Shown here piece after piece: positions 38,001 to 52,602 of a stretch of 64,000 bases of DNA. Made by a program: the position numbers and the translations under genes. This stretch comes from Proteromonas lacertae (taxonomy: Eukaryota), in contig NGBS01001168.1 of NCBI GenBank assembly GCA_002245135.1, positions 124,001-188,000 on the forward strand, given 5' to 3'. Positions within the stretch are counted from its first letter, which is position 1, and every line of letters starts with the position of its first letter. Below the pieces are notes generated by a model that was not told where the DNA came from, made no database searches, and saw only the letters and a list, made by a program, of their open reading frames with translations.

Positions 38001-40295
38001 TTATTTTAGTGATGTTGTTGGTCTAAATTGCACATTATGAGATGTATTATCCAAGGGAGCGCTACTTGCCATTAAATTACCATTATCCATTAAAATAACT
38101 GATTGTTCATAATCATTAGGTGGATAAATCTATATATAATAAATAAACAAATAAAATATAAATACATTATTCTTTTCTTTGGATAAAATATCAAAATTAT
38201 TAGTGAAAACAATAGTTTGTCCATTACTACCAGTTGTATTACTATCATTCAACCATCCTTTATATAATAACATATTATCCATCCATATTTCAATGTCTTT
38301 AGCACCTCTATTGGGAGTTTTATGATAATTCCATATCTTTATATAAGATAATATAATTGGTTTATCAAATAAGAAATATAATGAGTTTGTTATATATTTT
38401 CTTCTTCCTCCTTCTCCATCTTCCTCTATTGTTCTAGCTAATGGACAAAGCCATGAATGCTTATCACTTGAGATTTTACCATCTACTAAATTAGAAGGTA
38501 TTCTTAAATCGTCTTTGGATTGTTGTAATATATTAACACTATATGGAGATGCAAATATTTGACTATCTTTAACAGATATTTTATTATTATTTATATCATA
38601 AAAGCCTATTTCATTCAATCCAATATAGAATGGATCACCATGGGATTCATTTAAATTAATTTTTATTGAAGTGCCAAAAGGATGTAATACTGTAGTATAA
38701 TACTGAGAAGTGGTTACTTTACCGTTTATTGTTATATCTCTAGGAATATTGTAGTCTACTAAGGGTGAATGAAAATATAACTTTTGAGCATAATCAAAAC
38801 CTGATGAAAATCCATAAGCTGGTCTTAATATAAATCCACCAGGTGGAGAAACTAGTTTTTCATCACAATATACATTCATTCTTTTTACACAAATTGGTAA
38901 ATCATCTTCTGATTTGTTATAATTCCAGATTAATAATCCACCAATAAAATCAGCTATTTTAAAATCAATAAATATTTTTATATTCTTTTCTTTCTCTTTT
39001 TCTTCTCCTTGTGGAAGTTTGAAATAACACATATTATTTGGATTTGTAGTTTTATTTATTCCATTCACCAAATTGAATATCATTGGCATTGCACTATCAA
39101 CACTGGATGATGAAGATATCATATTAATTGTCAATTTCTGTAAATTTGTTTCAGAATCTTTCATTACTGCAATTCCAGTTAATCCAATACATTCTTTATC
39201 ACCATAATTCTCTAATAATTCCAAACATAATAACTTTGTTCTCTCTAATCTCATCTTTACTTTTTTCTCATTCTTTTGTGAGGGAGGTGTAGCATCTACT
39301 TTTGGAGCTACTCCTCGTTTACCAGGTGTTATTAACGGTGTTTTACCAACTGCAGTAAATGGTCTACCATCAAATGTAACTAAATTCAACTTAGGTCGAT
39401 GATGCTGATCTTGTTGTAGTTTTGAAATGTCTCTTTTTTCAGCTGTACTTGGACGAGCTAAATTGAATTGCTGTAATGCTTCTTGTAGACATGTTGGTGT
39501 TCTATCTAATGCTAATATTTGTGCTTTATCATATTGTTCTATCTCATTTCTAATTGCTGGATCGTTTGTGAAGTATAACGATTCTCTACATTCATCGATA
39601 TTTGCCATTGTTCCTGGTGCTTGTCTTATATCTCCATTGTAAATGATATTATTATCTAATTTCACTGTTATAGTTCTTGCTCCTCTTGTAGAGTGTGTTC
39701 TACATTTATTATAATTCCATATTCTCATCATTGACAAATCAACAACACCATCAAATGTGACATAAATCATATTGTCCTTATCAACATAATATGGAGCTAA
39801 CCATATGTGATAATCATCTGTAGTATAGTTTACACCATCTAATAAATTAGTCACTACTCTTGGATCATCATTGTAATCAGGTAAAACATTAATATCAGAA
39901 GGATCAGCTTTAATTGTGCTTTGATTAGCTATATTCTTAGGGTTTCGAAATCTTATTGGATGACCATTTTCATCATAGAATTCTATTCCATTTAATCCAA
40001 TGTAATATGGATCACCCCATGTAGAATGCAAAGCAATTTCCATATAATGACCATGTGGCATTGTATTTAAAATCATTGTTTTATTATAAATGACATTATC
40101 TAAAATAGACTGAGAAGGATTATTAATTAATGGTGTACTTGCCATATGAATGTCAATACCAAATGATGGTTGTTGTTGTTGTTGTTGTTGAGATTGTTGT
40201 TGAGATTGTGGTGTATTTTGAATATCGATTGTGAAAGGAGTAGAAGTCTTTTGTTCTGGTGTTGATAATCTTTGTGATTTAGCAGTTGGAATTCT

Positions 40296-40338
<43 letters not shown>

Positions 40339-43133
40339 GGTTGAAAAAGAGGTAAAGTCTCATTTAAATTAGGTGATGATATTGGAGGTATTGATGGAGA
40401 TAATATTCTTTTGGATATACTATTTCTCTTTTTTGGAGATATATTCTGTTGTGGTTTAATAGATATATCTTTAGGTAAATCAATAACAGGTGTTGATATT
40501 CTATCAATATGAGGAGTTGCAAGTCTTTGATATTCTCTTGGTAGATTCACAATTGGTGTAGATGGATTAATACATGGTGTTTCTGGCTTTTATTAATGGA
40601 GTAGATGCTGATACTGTTGCATTTGCATTAATATTAGCTGTTGGTACTCTTTCTGGTGAAGTTGATATTTTGATTGAAATATCTTTTGGTAAATCAACTC
40701 TTGGAGTAGTTATTAGTCTTTTTGATTCAATTGGCAATTCCAATTGCGCAGTTTTTCCTAAATTATTATTATTATTTAAAGGAGGAGTAAGAAGTGGAGG
40801 AGTTATTGGTTTATTCAATCCAGTTGGTGGTCTTTTAGAAGGTGTTTGTGGTTTCTTAGATGGAACTTTACCAGATATATCTTTTGGTAAATCAACAACA
40901 GGAGTAGATAATCTCTTTGATTCTTTTGGTAGATTTAACTGAGAAGTTGATCCTAAATCATTTGTATCTGGTTTCAATGGAGTATTACCATTAGATATTC
41001 TAGTAGATATATCTTTGGGTAATTCTATTCTAGCTGTTCCACCCATTTTACTATTATTGTCATTATTATTTTTTGATTGTGTATTTGGTCTAGATGCTTT
41101 TGATGTTGGTGAATGTTTTGGTAAATCTAATGGTATTGTTGAATCTAAATTATTATTATTATTATTATTAACATAGGGAGTTTTAGATGGTTGTTGTTGT
41201 TGTATATTTATACCATTACTTGGATGTGATGGTGGAAGTTTATGTATATCAAATCCACCACCATTATTATTATTAGAATTAGCAGTAGAAGTAACAGGAC
41301 CATGTGGACGAGGTTTATTATGTGATGGTGATATAATTGGAGATGTATTTGATTTCTTACGCTTATTAATATCATTATTATCATTATAATTTGGTTTAGG
41401 TAATAATCCTAATATTGATGGATCTACTTTGTTATCATTATTATTATGTATATTAATAGTATCATTGTCATGATCATTATTGTTTATGTTTACAGTTTTA
41501 TTATCAGAGTGTAATGGAGTATGAACAATTGTTTTAGTAGGTGATTTTTCAATAGGTATTGTAGATTCAATATTTAGATTATTCTCTAATTTTGTTTCTT
41601 TTATTTCATTTAATTCATTTACTATAGGTCTTGTTCTATTTAATTCATTATCTTTTGAACTATTTGGTCTAGTTTTAACAGGTGTTTTTCTATCATTATC
41701 CATTATTGGTGATAAAACTATATCTTTAGTTGAAACAGTATGTTTTTTTCTTATTTCATTCTCATGTTCAATTGGACTAATTTGAGCTATTTCATTTGGA
41801 TTGATACTATTTATTTGTTCTAACAATGGAATACTTATAGAATATTCGCTATCTTCACTTCCAATTGATCTTTTTATAGTATTTTCTGATATTGACATTC
41901 CATCATATTTTATTTCTAATTTCTTTACTCCAGCTCCAAGTAGATTAATATCATTATAATTCCATATTTTTATATAGGATGGTGGTAATTCTAGTGATGG
42001 AAGTAATTCTATTTTTATTGTTATTGGCATATTTGGAGTATAATCACATTTCCACATATCATCTGATTCTATTGTCATATATTTACCATTATATAGATTA
42101 GAGAGATTTTCAGTTTCAATATTATTATCATCTATATATATATATATATATATTATAATAGAATAATATTATTATACTTTGTATTATTTCTATATTACAT
42201 TTTGATAAGTCAATAACATTACTATTTCTATCATATAATTCAATATTCGTCAATCCAATTTCTATTGATTTATTATACCATGTTTCATGTAAGATTAATT
42301 CTAAATATTTTGGCCTTTGCATTTGCTTTTTCTGTGGAGATTGAGATGATGGCGGTGGTGATTGAAACATATTGTCAAGATTAGTTTCTCCTTCATTTAA
42401 TAACGTTAATATTTCCTTTTGTTTATTTAAATCTAATTTTACTATTTTACGAAGTAAATTTTGTGTATTTGGATCACTTTCCAATATCTCTATATATATT
42501 ATGAATATTAATAATAAATAAATATACTTTGTAATGTTGAGTTATTTTTATCTGGAGTATTTTTCTATTTTAATTGTAATTATAATAATAAATATATATA
42601 TATATTATACTATTGGAGATTGTTTTACAGGACTTTCTACATCTGGAAAATCATCTATAAATGTATCACTTTCATTCTCCTCTTCAAATTGAGTTTCTAA
42701 ATTATATCTTTTTGTAGGAGAGCCGAAGTTTCTATTTTCATGAATGTCAATTATTGCTATTAAACACATAGATTATAATAATATACGTCCTGGACATGAA
42801 ACAACACCTGAAAGTGATCTTTTTGGTGTACTGGATGATCTAGTTCTTCTATTAGCTGCTAAATGCAAATATAACACTAACTAAAATTATACAAAATGGT
42901 TTTTGTTGTGCTGAACCTCTATTGAGAGATAAATATTGTAAAGAATACGCTCTGGTTGAACATCTTGCTGAATTATTTTTGTCGTCATTAGCTCCTCTGA
43001 AATGCGTTGAAAACATCCTTTCTCTTTCTAGCATTTCTCTATCATAGTCACTCATTTCAGCTTCCTTCTTCATTTTCAACAGTCTATTCTTTTCTTCTAA
43101 TTTTCTGAGATATTCTTGATTTCTTTTGCTCAT
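38001..43133 (-). CDS. KATNIP: KATNIP/KIAA0556 (DUF4457) cilium/basal-body-associated protein; +1 frameshift near 40590
   Basis: N-terminal YLRKLEEKNR...ERMFSTHFRGAN. Four repeats of the STWGDPYYIGLNGIEFYD...NLLDG...IWNYNK module, ending in RPTTS. Pro/Asn-rich insert with PVVDLPKDIS repeats. Confidence 0.85.
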
Positions 43134-43278
43134 CTATCTCAAAATATGGTTTTAAAATTATGAAACGGTATTATTTTTGAATTTTAAAAAAGTATATGAG
43201 ATGGAATATACCATCGATAATTATCATAAACAATTAGTTATAAATTATATAATATTAAATAACAAAATAAAATCTCAT

Positions 43279-44932
43279 TTAAGATCTCACAATTATTGGT
43301 TCATCTTCTGTTTCATGCACTGTCTTATGAAATGATGTAAATGTTGGTGAAATAAAATCACTATCAGATATTGATATTCTTAAATCCATTTGTCTTATAA
43401 CCTTTTCTCTGGTAAAGATTCTCAAATTAGAAGTATCTTTCAAAAGAGATCTTAATTCAGGTAATATAATCAATAAAAAACCATTAGCAACTTCTGGTGT
43501 TAAACCTGTCAATTCTAAACCTCTATCATTACTAAGATTCTCAATAGTGTGACAGGTATTAAACCATCTAGTCAATTGTGATCTTCTAGTTGGATTATCA
43601 CTCCATGTCTCAAAAATAGCTGTCACAGCTTTATCTTCAAATTGAATTCCTGTTGGTGGTGGCATGTCTAGGTATTCCATCCATCCTTTCATTACACTAC
43701 TTCTTGCATTGTCCTCTGCTGCTTTTAATAATTCCAATTCACTCTTTAAACACTGTAATTCATATTCTTGAGATATCATATCTTCATATGACATTAAATG
43801 ACTTTCATATAATCTCTATATATATTATAAACATATAACAATGTTATAAATATATACTATTCTCTCATTAAACGAATTAACTATAATTGACTGTTGAGCA
43901 ATTTCATTTCTCTTTTCTATACCATAATGCTGTAGTATTTTACACTTCTCATTTCTATCTTCAGCTTTCTGCTTCAATGATTGGATTATAGATTGAAGTG
44001 ATTCTATGGTTTGAGCTTGAGTTGCTAAGGTAGATTCTTGTTTCTTATTGATTGTCAATACTTCTTGAATCGATGATTTTAAATCTTCTAATTGTTGAGA
44101 TAATTGTATTTTTTCATCTTCCATATTCATATTATTAGATTGTAATTCTTCTATTTTGGTTTGTAATTCTTTCTATTTAATATAAATAACAATATTAATA
44201 CTATTTCATTTTCTAAAGCAATAGTTTTCTTTGAATCATTTTCATTTACTGATGCTTTAAGTATTTGAATATCGTTTTCTAATTGTACTACTTTATTTTT
44301 TGAATTCTAATTCATTATAATAACAAAGAATATATATATATACACTATATTTAGCTGTTAAAGAATCACATTTCTGTTTTAGCTCATTGTATTGTTTTTC
44401 TTTGTTATTATACTTTTCTTCTAATTCACTTACTTTTGCTTTACAATTTGCTTCTGTTGCGGTTATTAATGACTTTAATGATAAATTTGTATTTTTAGAA
44501 GCATCCAAACGAGTTCTATGAATTTTAAATACTTTATAATACATTAATGTTGAATTTTCATCTTTTAATTTAATTATCATATCACTTAAATTCTATTAAT
44601 GTGTTAAATGTTTTATAATATACTGAATCATTATCATCTCTTGGTGTATCCTTTTGTGGCGTTAAAGCTTCTATTGACATTGACTCTGCAGATAGCTTCA
44701 ATTTAGAATTATTTGCTCTTTCAGCTCTAAGCTCATCTTCTAGTTCTGCTATTTTAGATAAAAAATAGGATGTGTTTCTTTGAATATCAGGAGAGACTGT
44801 TTCACTCTTTGAAGCATTTTTGTTTGAATTAGAGTTAGAAGATGCAGAAGATAGTTTTTGTGATAATAAATCCCAGTTTGGTGCATCTGTATCATAATTT
44901 AATCTTTGTAAGGCTTGTAACTCAAGATCCAT
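43279..44932 (-). CDS. Coiled-coil protein with a globular C-terminal domain, unknown function
   Basis: ORFs 44582-44932, 44293-44580, 43825-44130 and 43279-43794 are separated by GT-AG micro-introns. Heptad-rich sequence is followed by WMEYLDMPPP...GFLLIILPEL. Confidence 0.6.
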
Positions 44933-45114
44933 TTTTATGTTTTGTGTTTAAGATCTGCTCAAACCTCAAATTTGATAAATGATTTAATCTCCTCATCAGC
45001 TATGTGGATTATAGATATGTTGTTATTTTTATGTTTAAGACAAATATACAGATAAAAAGAAAAAAATGGATTGATATTAATAAATACACTAATTATCATT
45101 CATTCTTTATGTTT

Positions 45115-46070
45115 TTATTTGTCCTTCTTTGCTTTTCTTTTTATTTCTTGTTCATATTGATTTATTACATCTTTATCAATAAAACTTTCAGCTACTTCCC
45201 AAGTATCACTTTCTGGACCATAATTAACCCATCTCACTTTATATTGAACTACTCCTTTAACTATTCTTTTGTCCAGTATCTTATCAACAAAATAGACTTC
45301 TTCACTAAACTGTTTGGATGAATCTGATAAATACTCGTCTGAATCATCATCATCATCAAAGAATGACATTTTTTTGTTATTTCTTTTTGGTCTTTCTTTT
45401 CTTTCAACATTATTTTTTGGTTTAGTATTCACATCCTTCTTTTTTCTATAGCTATTCACATATTCTTCATTTCCAGAATCATCTTCTAACATACTACTAC
45501 TAGTTTTACGTCTTGATTTACTATTATTAATTTGTTGTTGAGAAGCTGTAGAATTAGTTGGTGATGAAGATTTAAACTTTGATGAATTACTTGTGTCTGA
45601 ATTCTGAATGGGAGATAAATCATCTGAAGAATATGAATTATCATGAATAACAGGACGTGTTTCATAAGATGATAATCTAGTCCTTTTTGATTTTTGATTT
45701 CTTTCTTCTACAGTAGATTTTCTCTTTTTTCTTTCTAATGCTGATTCATTATTTTTATTTGGTGGTTGTAATGGTGGTGGTGAAATAGCTGGAGATGTTG
45801 AAGGTGGTAAAGGTAATGAATTATTATTATTATTATTATTATATGTATTATTACCGAAATAAGATCCTTGATTTATTATTTCACCGTTATTTGCAAATAG
45901 TTGAAGATAAGAAGGTTGTGAGAATGAATTGGATTGATTTTGTTGAGATTGATATTTTAATTGGTTCTGTTGAGGTACAAAAAATTCTTTTGAATTTTGA
46001 ATTCTATTAATTCTATTGGATTTTCTTTTAGGTTGATTTCTACTACTATCTGGTATAATATTTTCTTTCA

Positions 46071-46101
<31 letters not shown>

Positions 46102-48571
46102 GGAGGTATTATTGCTATTTCTTTTTAATCTTCTTTTTACACTAGATGATGTTGAATAAGAATCAGAATCATCCTCTTCTTCTTCCAACATTTCTTCATC
46201 ATTACTTGTATAATCTTGATCGAATGAATCATCATTTTCAGAATTAGTATTTCTTCCTTTTCCTTTCTTACTCATGTATTTATGTTGATTATAATACTTT
46301 CTGCTATAATAATCTTCCTTTGTGGAAGAATTATAACTGTCATATTGTTCTTTATTTTTAAATACTTTATTCATATATATATTTACCACTTCATTCTTAT
46401 TTAATTGTATTATATACTGTAATATTGGCAATCCTAAACCAACCAATTTCCCATATTGAAATTTCTTATCATATTCAACATATACAGTATCACCATAATT
46501 TATTCCATAATTCTTTAAATAGGTTAGTAGTATCTCTTGATTATAGTTAGTTTTTTCTTTTGAATATAATGCTATATCCCTATTTGTTATATTCATTATA
46601 TCTATTAAAGCTTTGTTATTACTATCAGCATTTGCCTCATTATTATCATTATCAGATACAGTATCAATTCTTTCCATCTTAACTTTAGATGGATCTATCC
46701 ATTGAATATCATTATCTGAACCATCATACTTTACTCTATACTTACCAGTCTTGTCTTTATACGATATTATCTCTCCTTCTTTTACATTTTTATGCAAAGT
46801 CACTTTCACTTTACTTCCAATTTCAAATGAAGTAGAATACTGAGTGTGTGGATGACATAAAATATTATGGTTATCTAATACTTCAGATGAAGAAAATCTA
46901 AACTTGTGATTTCCAGTAGAACATATATATTCATTTTTTGTACATAGACAGTAACGATGATTATATAATTCTATTATACTACCAAAACTTTCTCCACATT
47001 TTGAACATTCAATATACGAAGTTCCAGTAAATGGTTGTTGTTTAAATGGCTATTTATATGCATAATAATAAATATCAATAAATACATGATCTACTTTCTT
47101 TAATTGTCCACATCCTGTACTAGTAGCAATCTTTTTATAAGATTGAAACACATCTTCATTGTGATTCCAATCAATATTTAATATTTCAAATGATATATTT
47201 TCATATGTATTAGGTGATACTGGGAAATCATTAACAATTTCATCTGCCTTTTCTATCCTTTCCGTTTTGTTTTGATTTATACTATTATTCATTGCAATAC
47301 ATGCACTTTCAAAATCTTGCATTAACCCTGTAACAGATAATGAATTATCTTCTTCATTTTCTTCATATTCCTATATTTAATAATAGCTGCAATAGTAATA
47401 CATCTTGTTCACTTGGCGTAGGATAAGATGTTTGATTGACTGAATATGCTAAAGTATTTGGATTTGATAAACAATTAGACTAATTACAATGAATAAAGAA
47501 TAATACATACGACTGTTGGATATTTGAATAAAGGTGTTACTTGTTGCTGATGAGCACAATTAAAACCAACAAACTGATGAACTAAATCAGTAGTTTCATC
47601 AATAGGCAAAAACTATATAAATAATATTATGCAATAATATATATATATATATATATACAGATTCACATTGTGGATTATCATTTATTTCTCTACTTGTATG
47701 ATAACCACTATACATGGGATGTATTATTTCAAACGATTGTTTCAACGGTTGAGAAGATCTAAACATATACCTTCCAAATGCAACTGGATTTACTATAGCT
47801 GAAGATATTGGTCTACCTACATTGGAAGTATCAATTTGAGTTGGATAACATGACTAATAGAATTTAAAATAAAACTACCGTTTAACATACAGTATAAGAA
47901 GAAAAATCAATTGTGTTGGTTTTATATCCTAAAACAACTCCATCAACTACTTTAAAACGAACTGATTCATTATGATTCTTAGCTCGAACTAATTTAGAAA
48001 TTCATTATATTAATTATACTTGTGGATATATTTGAACACATATTTTTTAGTTTACTACGATATGGATCAATTATATTATTATAATATTTTATAATATTTG
48101 ATCTCCATTCATCTAATTGAATTGTAACGTAATATTATACCTTCATTTGTCGTTGTTTGAAATAAAGTGCGAATCGTATATTTAATATCATTAGGTGCAT
48201 GTTCCAATTGTTTATTCAACCATTTTTCTGCTTTTACTGCATCATCGCCTTTATAAGAAATAATTTTGCAAAATGAACGAACCCAATCGGCTATAATTGT
48301 TTATCATATTTTTATACGTATTGCATTACCATTAGTGTTATGGGAACTTACGTACAGATCAACCATACTACAATGTTCGTCGATACTCTGTTGTTTACGC
48401 TATTTTAATTATTACATACCTATTATACACTACACTTTTGGCAGGTTTGCCTGGCTGTTGGTATTGCATCTGAAACTAGCAATTTGCAGTTTGGACAGAC
48501 ATAATAAATTCCATAATTCTATAAATAATATATATTATAGTGATTACGCTTTTAACTTGTTTTAATTCCAT
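45115..48571 (-). CDS. Chromatin protein: Cys/His zinc-binding motifs, Tudor/Agenet-like domain, C-terminal chromodomain
   Basis: ATG at 48571 with many micro-introns. Motifs CPNC..CQKC, CSKC...HRYCLC, IGSKVKV...EGEIISY...YRVKYDG...IQWID, and chromodomain [33 protein letters not shown]. Confidence 0.78.
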
Positions 48572-49691
48572 CAATAAGCAAAATTTGATATTTATGGTCT
48601 TAATAAAACACTGATAAAAGTAATTGTTTTTATTAGCTTGGAATTAATCTGTTAGTGATTTAATAAACACCCTCAGTTATGTGTTTATATAAAAAGATTT
48701 AAAAATGTTTTTTGGTCAAAAATGATTGGATGATACATAAAAAACGATTCAAAATCTCATTACATCAAAGAAAGCGAACTTTTAATATTTAATAGTTATG
48801 CTGATTCTACAGACCAAGATATTTAAATTAAGTAATTACACAGTTTCTTGTGATATGTAATAAAACAGATTGAGGTACGCTTTAGTTGATTGTATTATAT
48901 TCATAATATAAAAGGTTGAATATATCTTTAAGAACATTTACAACTATTAGTAAACTATAAAAAGACTAAATTTCATATTATTGTATTTTGGAATTGTTAG
49001 CATATGAAATGATAGATTTTATATAATTTATAAGGTATTAAACAGAACAACTAGTTCATAAATACCTTTAGTCTAATAGATACATTGTTGAGGTTACAAC
49101 TTCATATTCCTCTAAAAGTATTAATCATACAATAATATTACTAAATAAATATATTTTATGCTTTATAAATAAAATTGTGACAATAGATTAAATGAAAGAT
49201 AACGTACAATTCTATATACCATTTATTGACTTACTACACAAATTGAACCATATTTATCTTGAGTATATGAGAAATACTGCATTCTCAGTATTTTTAAGCT
49301 GGAATGCTTACTTGCCAGGTTTTAATAGCGTAAATGTGCTGCAAATAAAATGAAAAACAATTACTAATGTAAAATATATCATTTGATTGGAATTATTCCT
49401 ACTAAAATGGTTTTGATTTTGTAACGACTCTTTTTGTGTTTTAAGAGTATGAAAGATTATTAGATAAAGATATCTTCATTGAGTTGCAATTGAGATAATA
49501 TATATGATATGTTGTAAAAGACTTAATTTTTATTGATCTAATAGATGATATTCAAAATGGTGTATTTTTTCATCATTCTATATAACTTTATATTATATTA
49601 TATATAGTTACACTAAGACATTTTAGCTGCTGAATCTAGTATTAAGAAATTAACTACAAATGGAGCTATATTGTTTTATATATCAAGAACA

Positions 49692-49706
49692 ACAACAAAC
49701 AAACAC
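49692..49706 (-). terminator. Candidate TGTTTGTT 3'-end/polyadenylation motif downstream of the ECD stop
   Basis: The minus strand reads TAA ttgttgatattgTGTTTGTTTGTT. TGTTTGTT is the described Blastocystis 3'-processing motif. Related TGTTTG(T) follows the DNMT2, Ku80 and 30206 stops. Confidence 0.45.
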
Positions 49707-49717
49707 AATATCAACAA

Positions 49718-51593
49718 TTACTTAGGATTTTTAGAATTTTTCTTTTTCTTTTCAACATTTTCATAAATCATAGATAATAAATTACTAGCAGGACCTGACA
49801 TTCCATCTTGAGCTTCCATTGATTTTAATAAATTTTCAATCATATTGAAATCTTTTGCATTTATATCATTATATACGTCTGAATGATCACTAATTGATTC
49901 TAATTCTCTATCCATTTTTTTTTCAATATCAGAAGGCGGTAAAGAAATATTATCAATATCATCTTCTACTTCTTCGTTTAAATTCACTCCATCATATTCT
50001 GATGATTGTTGAAGTATTTTTTTCAATTGTTTAGTTAATTGCTTTAGTTTTATATGTGTATTTTCAGGTATTTCTTCACCATCTTCTTCTTCACTGTTAT
50101 CATCATCATCATCATCAGCATCATCTAAATCAGTTGGTTTTAAATGTGTCATTCTCATTTCTAATACTTTGTCTAAATCGTTTTCTGTCATCTATTAAAC
50201 AATCAAAATACAATAATCATTCATACATATAGCCAATCTTCAGAATCTGAATTGTCATTATTATTATTATTTGAATCAATCTGAATGGAATCATTATAAT
50301 TTGATAAAATGTCTTGTATTAATAAATAATCATTAAAGCATGAATCAATATTTTCTTTCTATTATGAGATTATAAATAATATCATTCATCTATACATTTA
50401 AAAACATGATTTTTGCTTGTTTAAATAAAAATTGGTAATTATCACAATCATTTGACATATCAAAAGGAAAATATCCATTATTATTTAATGATTCAAAAAA
50501 TAAATTCCATTTTTCATTGTTTTTCCAATCAAATTGTGTTGTTAATTTTTTCATTTTATTCACTATATGTTGATAATACATTTCAAATGCACAACACACT
50601 TTAACACCTAAATCAAAACTTCTATATAGATAGGAAATACTATTTAAATACTTTCTATTACTAAGTGGAAGTTCAGTCTTCACACCTTTTGGTGTTTGAA
50701 ACTTTTGACCTTGTAATTGAGCATATAAGAATTTAGTGAATTTCACATTATACTATATATATTTATTATTCATATATCTATACTTTTGTATTTAATTCCT
50801 TTCCAACAAATGACATAGAATGACAATAATTACAATCAGTAGATGTTCTTGTGTAAAAATAAGACAAAATTTTGGATATAAATTGAGGTTCTTTTAATAA
50901 TACATATGCCACTTTACGAGTTAAATAACAGTGAGCTAATCATTATAAAAAAATCATAAATATAAAATACAATGATGAAAATCTGAATATATTTTAGATG
51001 GATATTGTGATATAATTTCGTTCAGATGAGAATCTATACCAGCAATTGTCTGTGTTTGTTTTGAAAACAATGTTGATAGAGAGTTTTCTATAGATTTTGA
51101 TTCTTCACTCATTTTGTCTAATGAAACAAGATGTAGTTGTCCTTTATGAATAAATACTCTATAATCAGAATTATCAGGATCGATCCAATCAGGAACATAA
51201 TCTGCAGCTTCTATTAACAAAAATTCACCATCAGAATCAACAATATTAACCTAAACAATAAATGCATTAATATCAATACTGCTATATTATTAAATTTCTT
51301 TGATATTTCGTAAAATAAAAAAACAATAAACCATTCATCATCGATATTTTCACCAATATATACAGAGCCTTCTAAACATATAAATTCTTTAGATTTTATT
51401 GCTTCATTAGAAGGAAGTAAATAAAATTCTTGATTTGTCCATATGTAGTCTTTAACATAGGATTGAATATAAGTCAAAATATGTTCTATAATGAAATATT
51501 CCTGAGTTTTTGCATCACTATTCTAATACACATTCATACTATTAAATATACTTGAATATAAACTTTGTAACACACAGAATCAATTTCATTCAT
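49718..51593 (-). CDS. ECD: Ecdysoneless/SGT1-family protein
   Basis: Motifs YIWTNQEF, GENIDDEWFIVFL, DSDGEFLLIEAADYVPDW, RVFIHKGQLH, FTKFLYAQL, DLGVKVCCAFEM, SDSEDWL and NLLKSMEAQDGMSGPASNLL. Confidence 0.9.
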
Positions 51594-51657
51594 TATATAG
51601 GCTTGATTGCTGTTTGAATCAGTTGGGTATTTGTTTTTATTGAGGGTTTTCTAAATA
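51594..51657. promoter_or_regulatory. 64-bp divergent promoter (ECD / PKD-RyR channel) containing TATAGGCTTGA
   Basis: Start codons at 51593(-) and 51658(+). The motif lies at about 51596-51606. Confidence 0.55.
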
Positions 51658-52561
51658 ATGAAGGGAAGGAAACTATCTCAATCTCTCGAAAGATCTGCTT
51701 TAAGGTATTTAATATCGAAATATACAGCATTTAGGTCTAAACGAATGCAATTTCAAAAACCTTCAATAAATTCTAACTTTGATAAAACAGTTTCTCAACA
51801 TTTAGATCCAGTAAAAGAAGAATCTCCTGCATTAGTGTCTATGACGAATCTGTCAATTACTAGTCCTACTGCCAAAATAAGCACTCCTACTCATGCATTT
51901 CAATCTTCATCGCCTGTAAATATTCCAACAAAGGATGAAATGAAGATGTATCTCCTTTAATCTATGTTTTGTAGAATTAATCGTAAGAAATGGATTTTAC
52001 AATTCCATACAAAAGAATTGAATATTCATGATGCTTTATTAGCTGATTCATCAGAAGAATTGAGAAATGTATGATTATATATATAAATATAATGAATAGT
52101 TTTACTGTAATCTATTCTTATATTTAATATATTTGATATTGATATTTGTGTCTCTATTCAAGTATATTGTATAATATATAATGCATTAGATCTCCAATCC
52201 ATTTTCCTTATGAACAGAATCAATTTCTAAGAAGCTTGTTTTTGGATAGAATGTACCAAAGTCAAGATTATGATCAAAACTTTGATGATATTGTATCACA
52301 TAAACAAATGTGGTTTTGGATAAATCAAACAATGGTACCTGGATTATATGAATATGAAAAAATATCAGATCAAACACTGATAGGTGATATTGAAGTAAGG
52401 CAGATGAGAGTGAAGAAAGAGAGTTGTAAATCTCCAATTGATGTATTTAGTAATGAATCATGTATTCCTCCATTTTCACTAAGCAATGAAGAAAAATCAC
52501 CATATAACTGGTATAAAGGTAAAACAGGACCAATATATAAGTATTTATATATATATATATA

Positions 52562-52602
<41 letters not shown>

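Noticed and set aside
48600..49690. 1.1-kb ORF-free spacer as a possible ncRNA or mobile element
   Set aside because: No recognisable snRNA or tRNA motif, terminal repeats or coding remnants by eye; an Infernal/Rfam scan would be needed.
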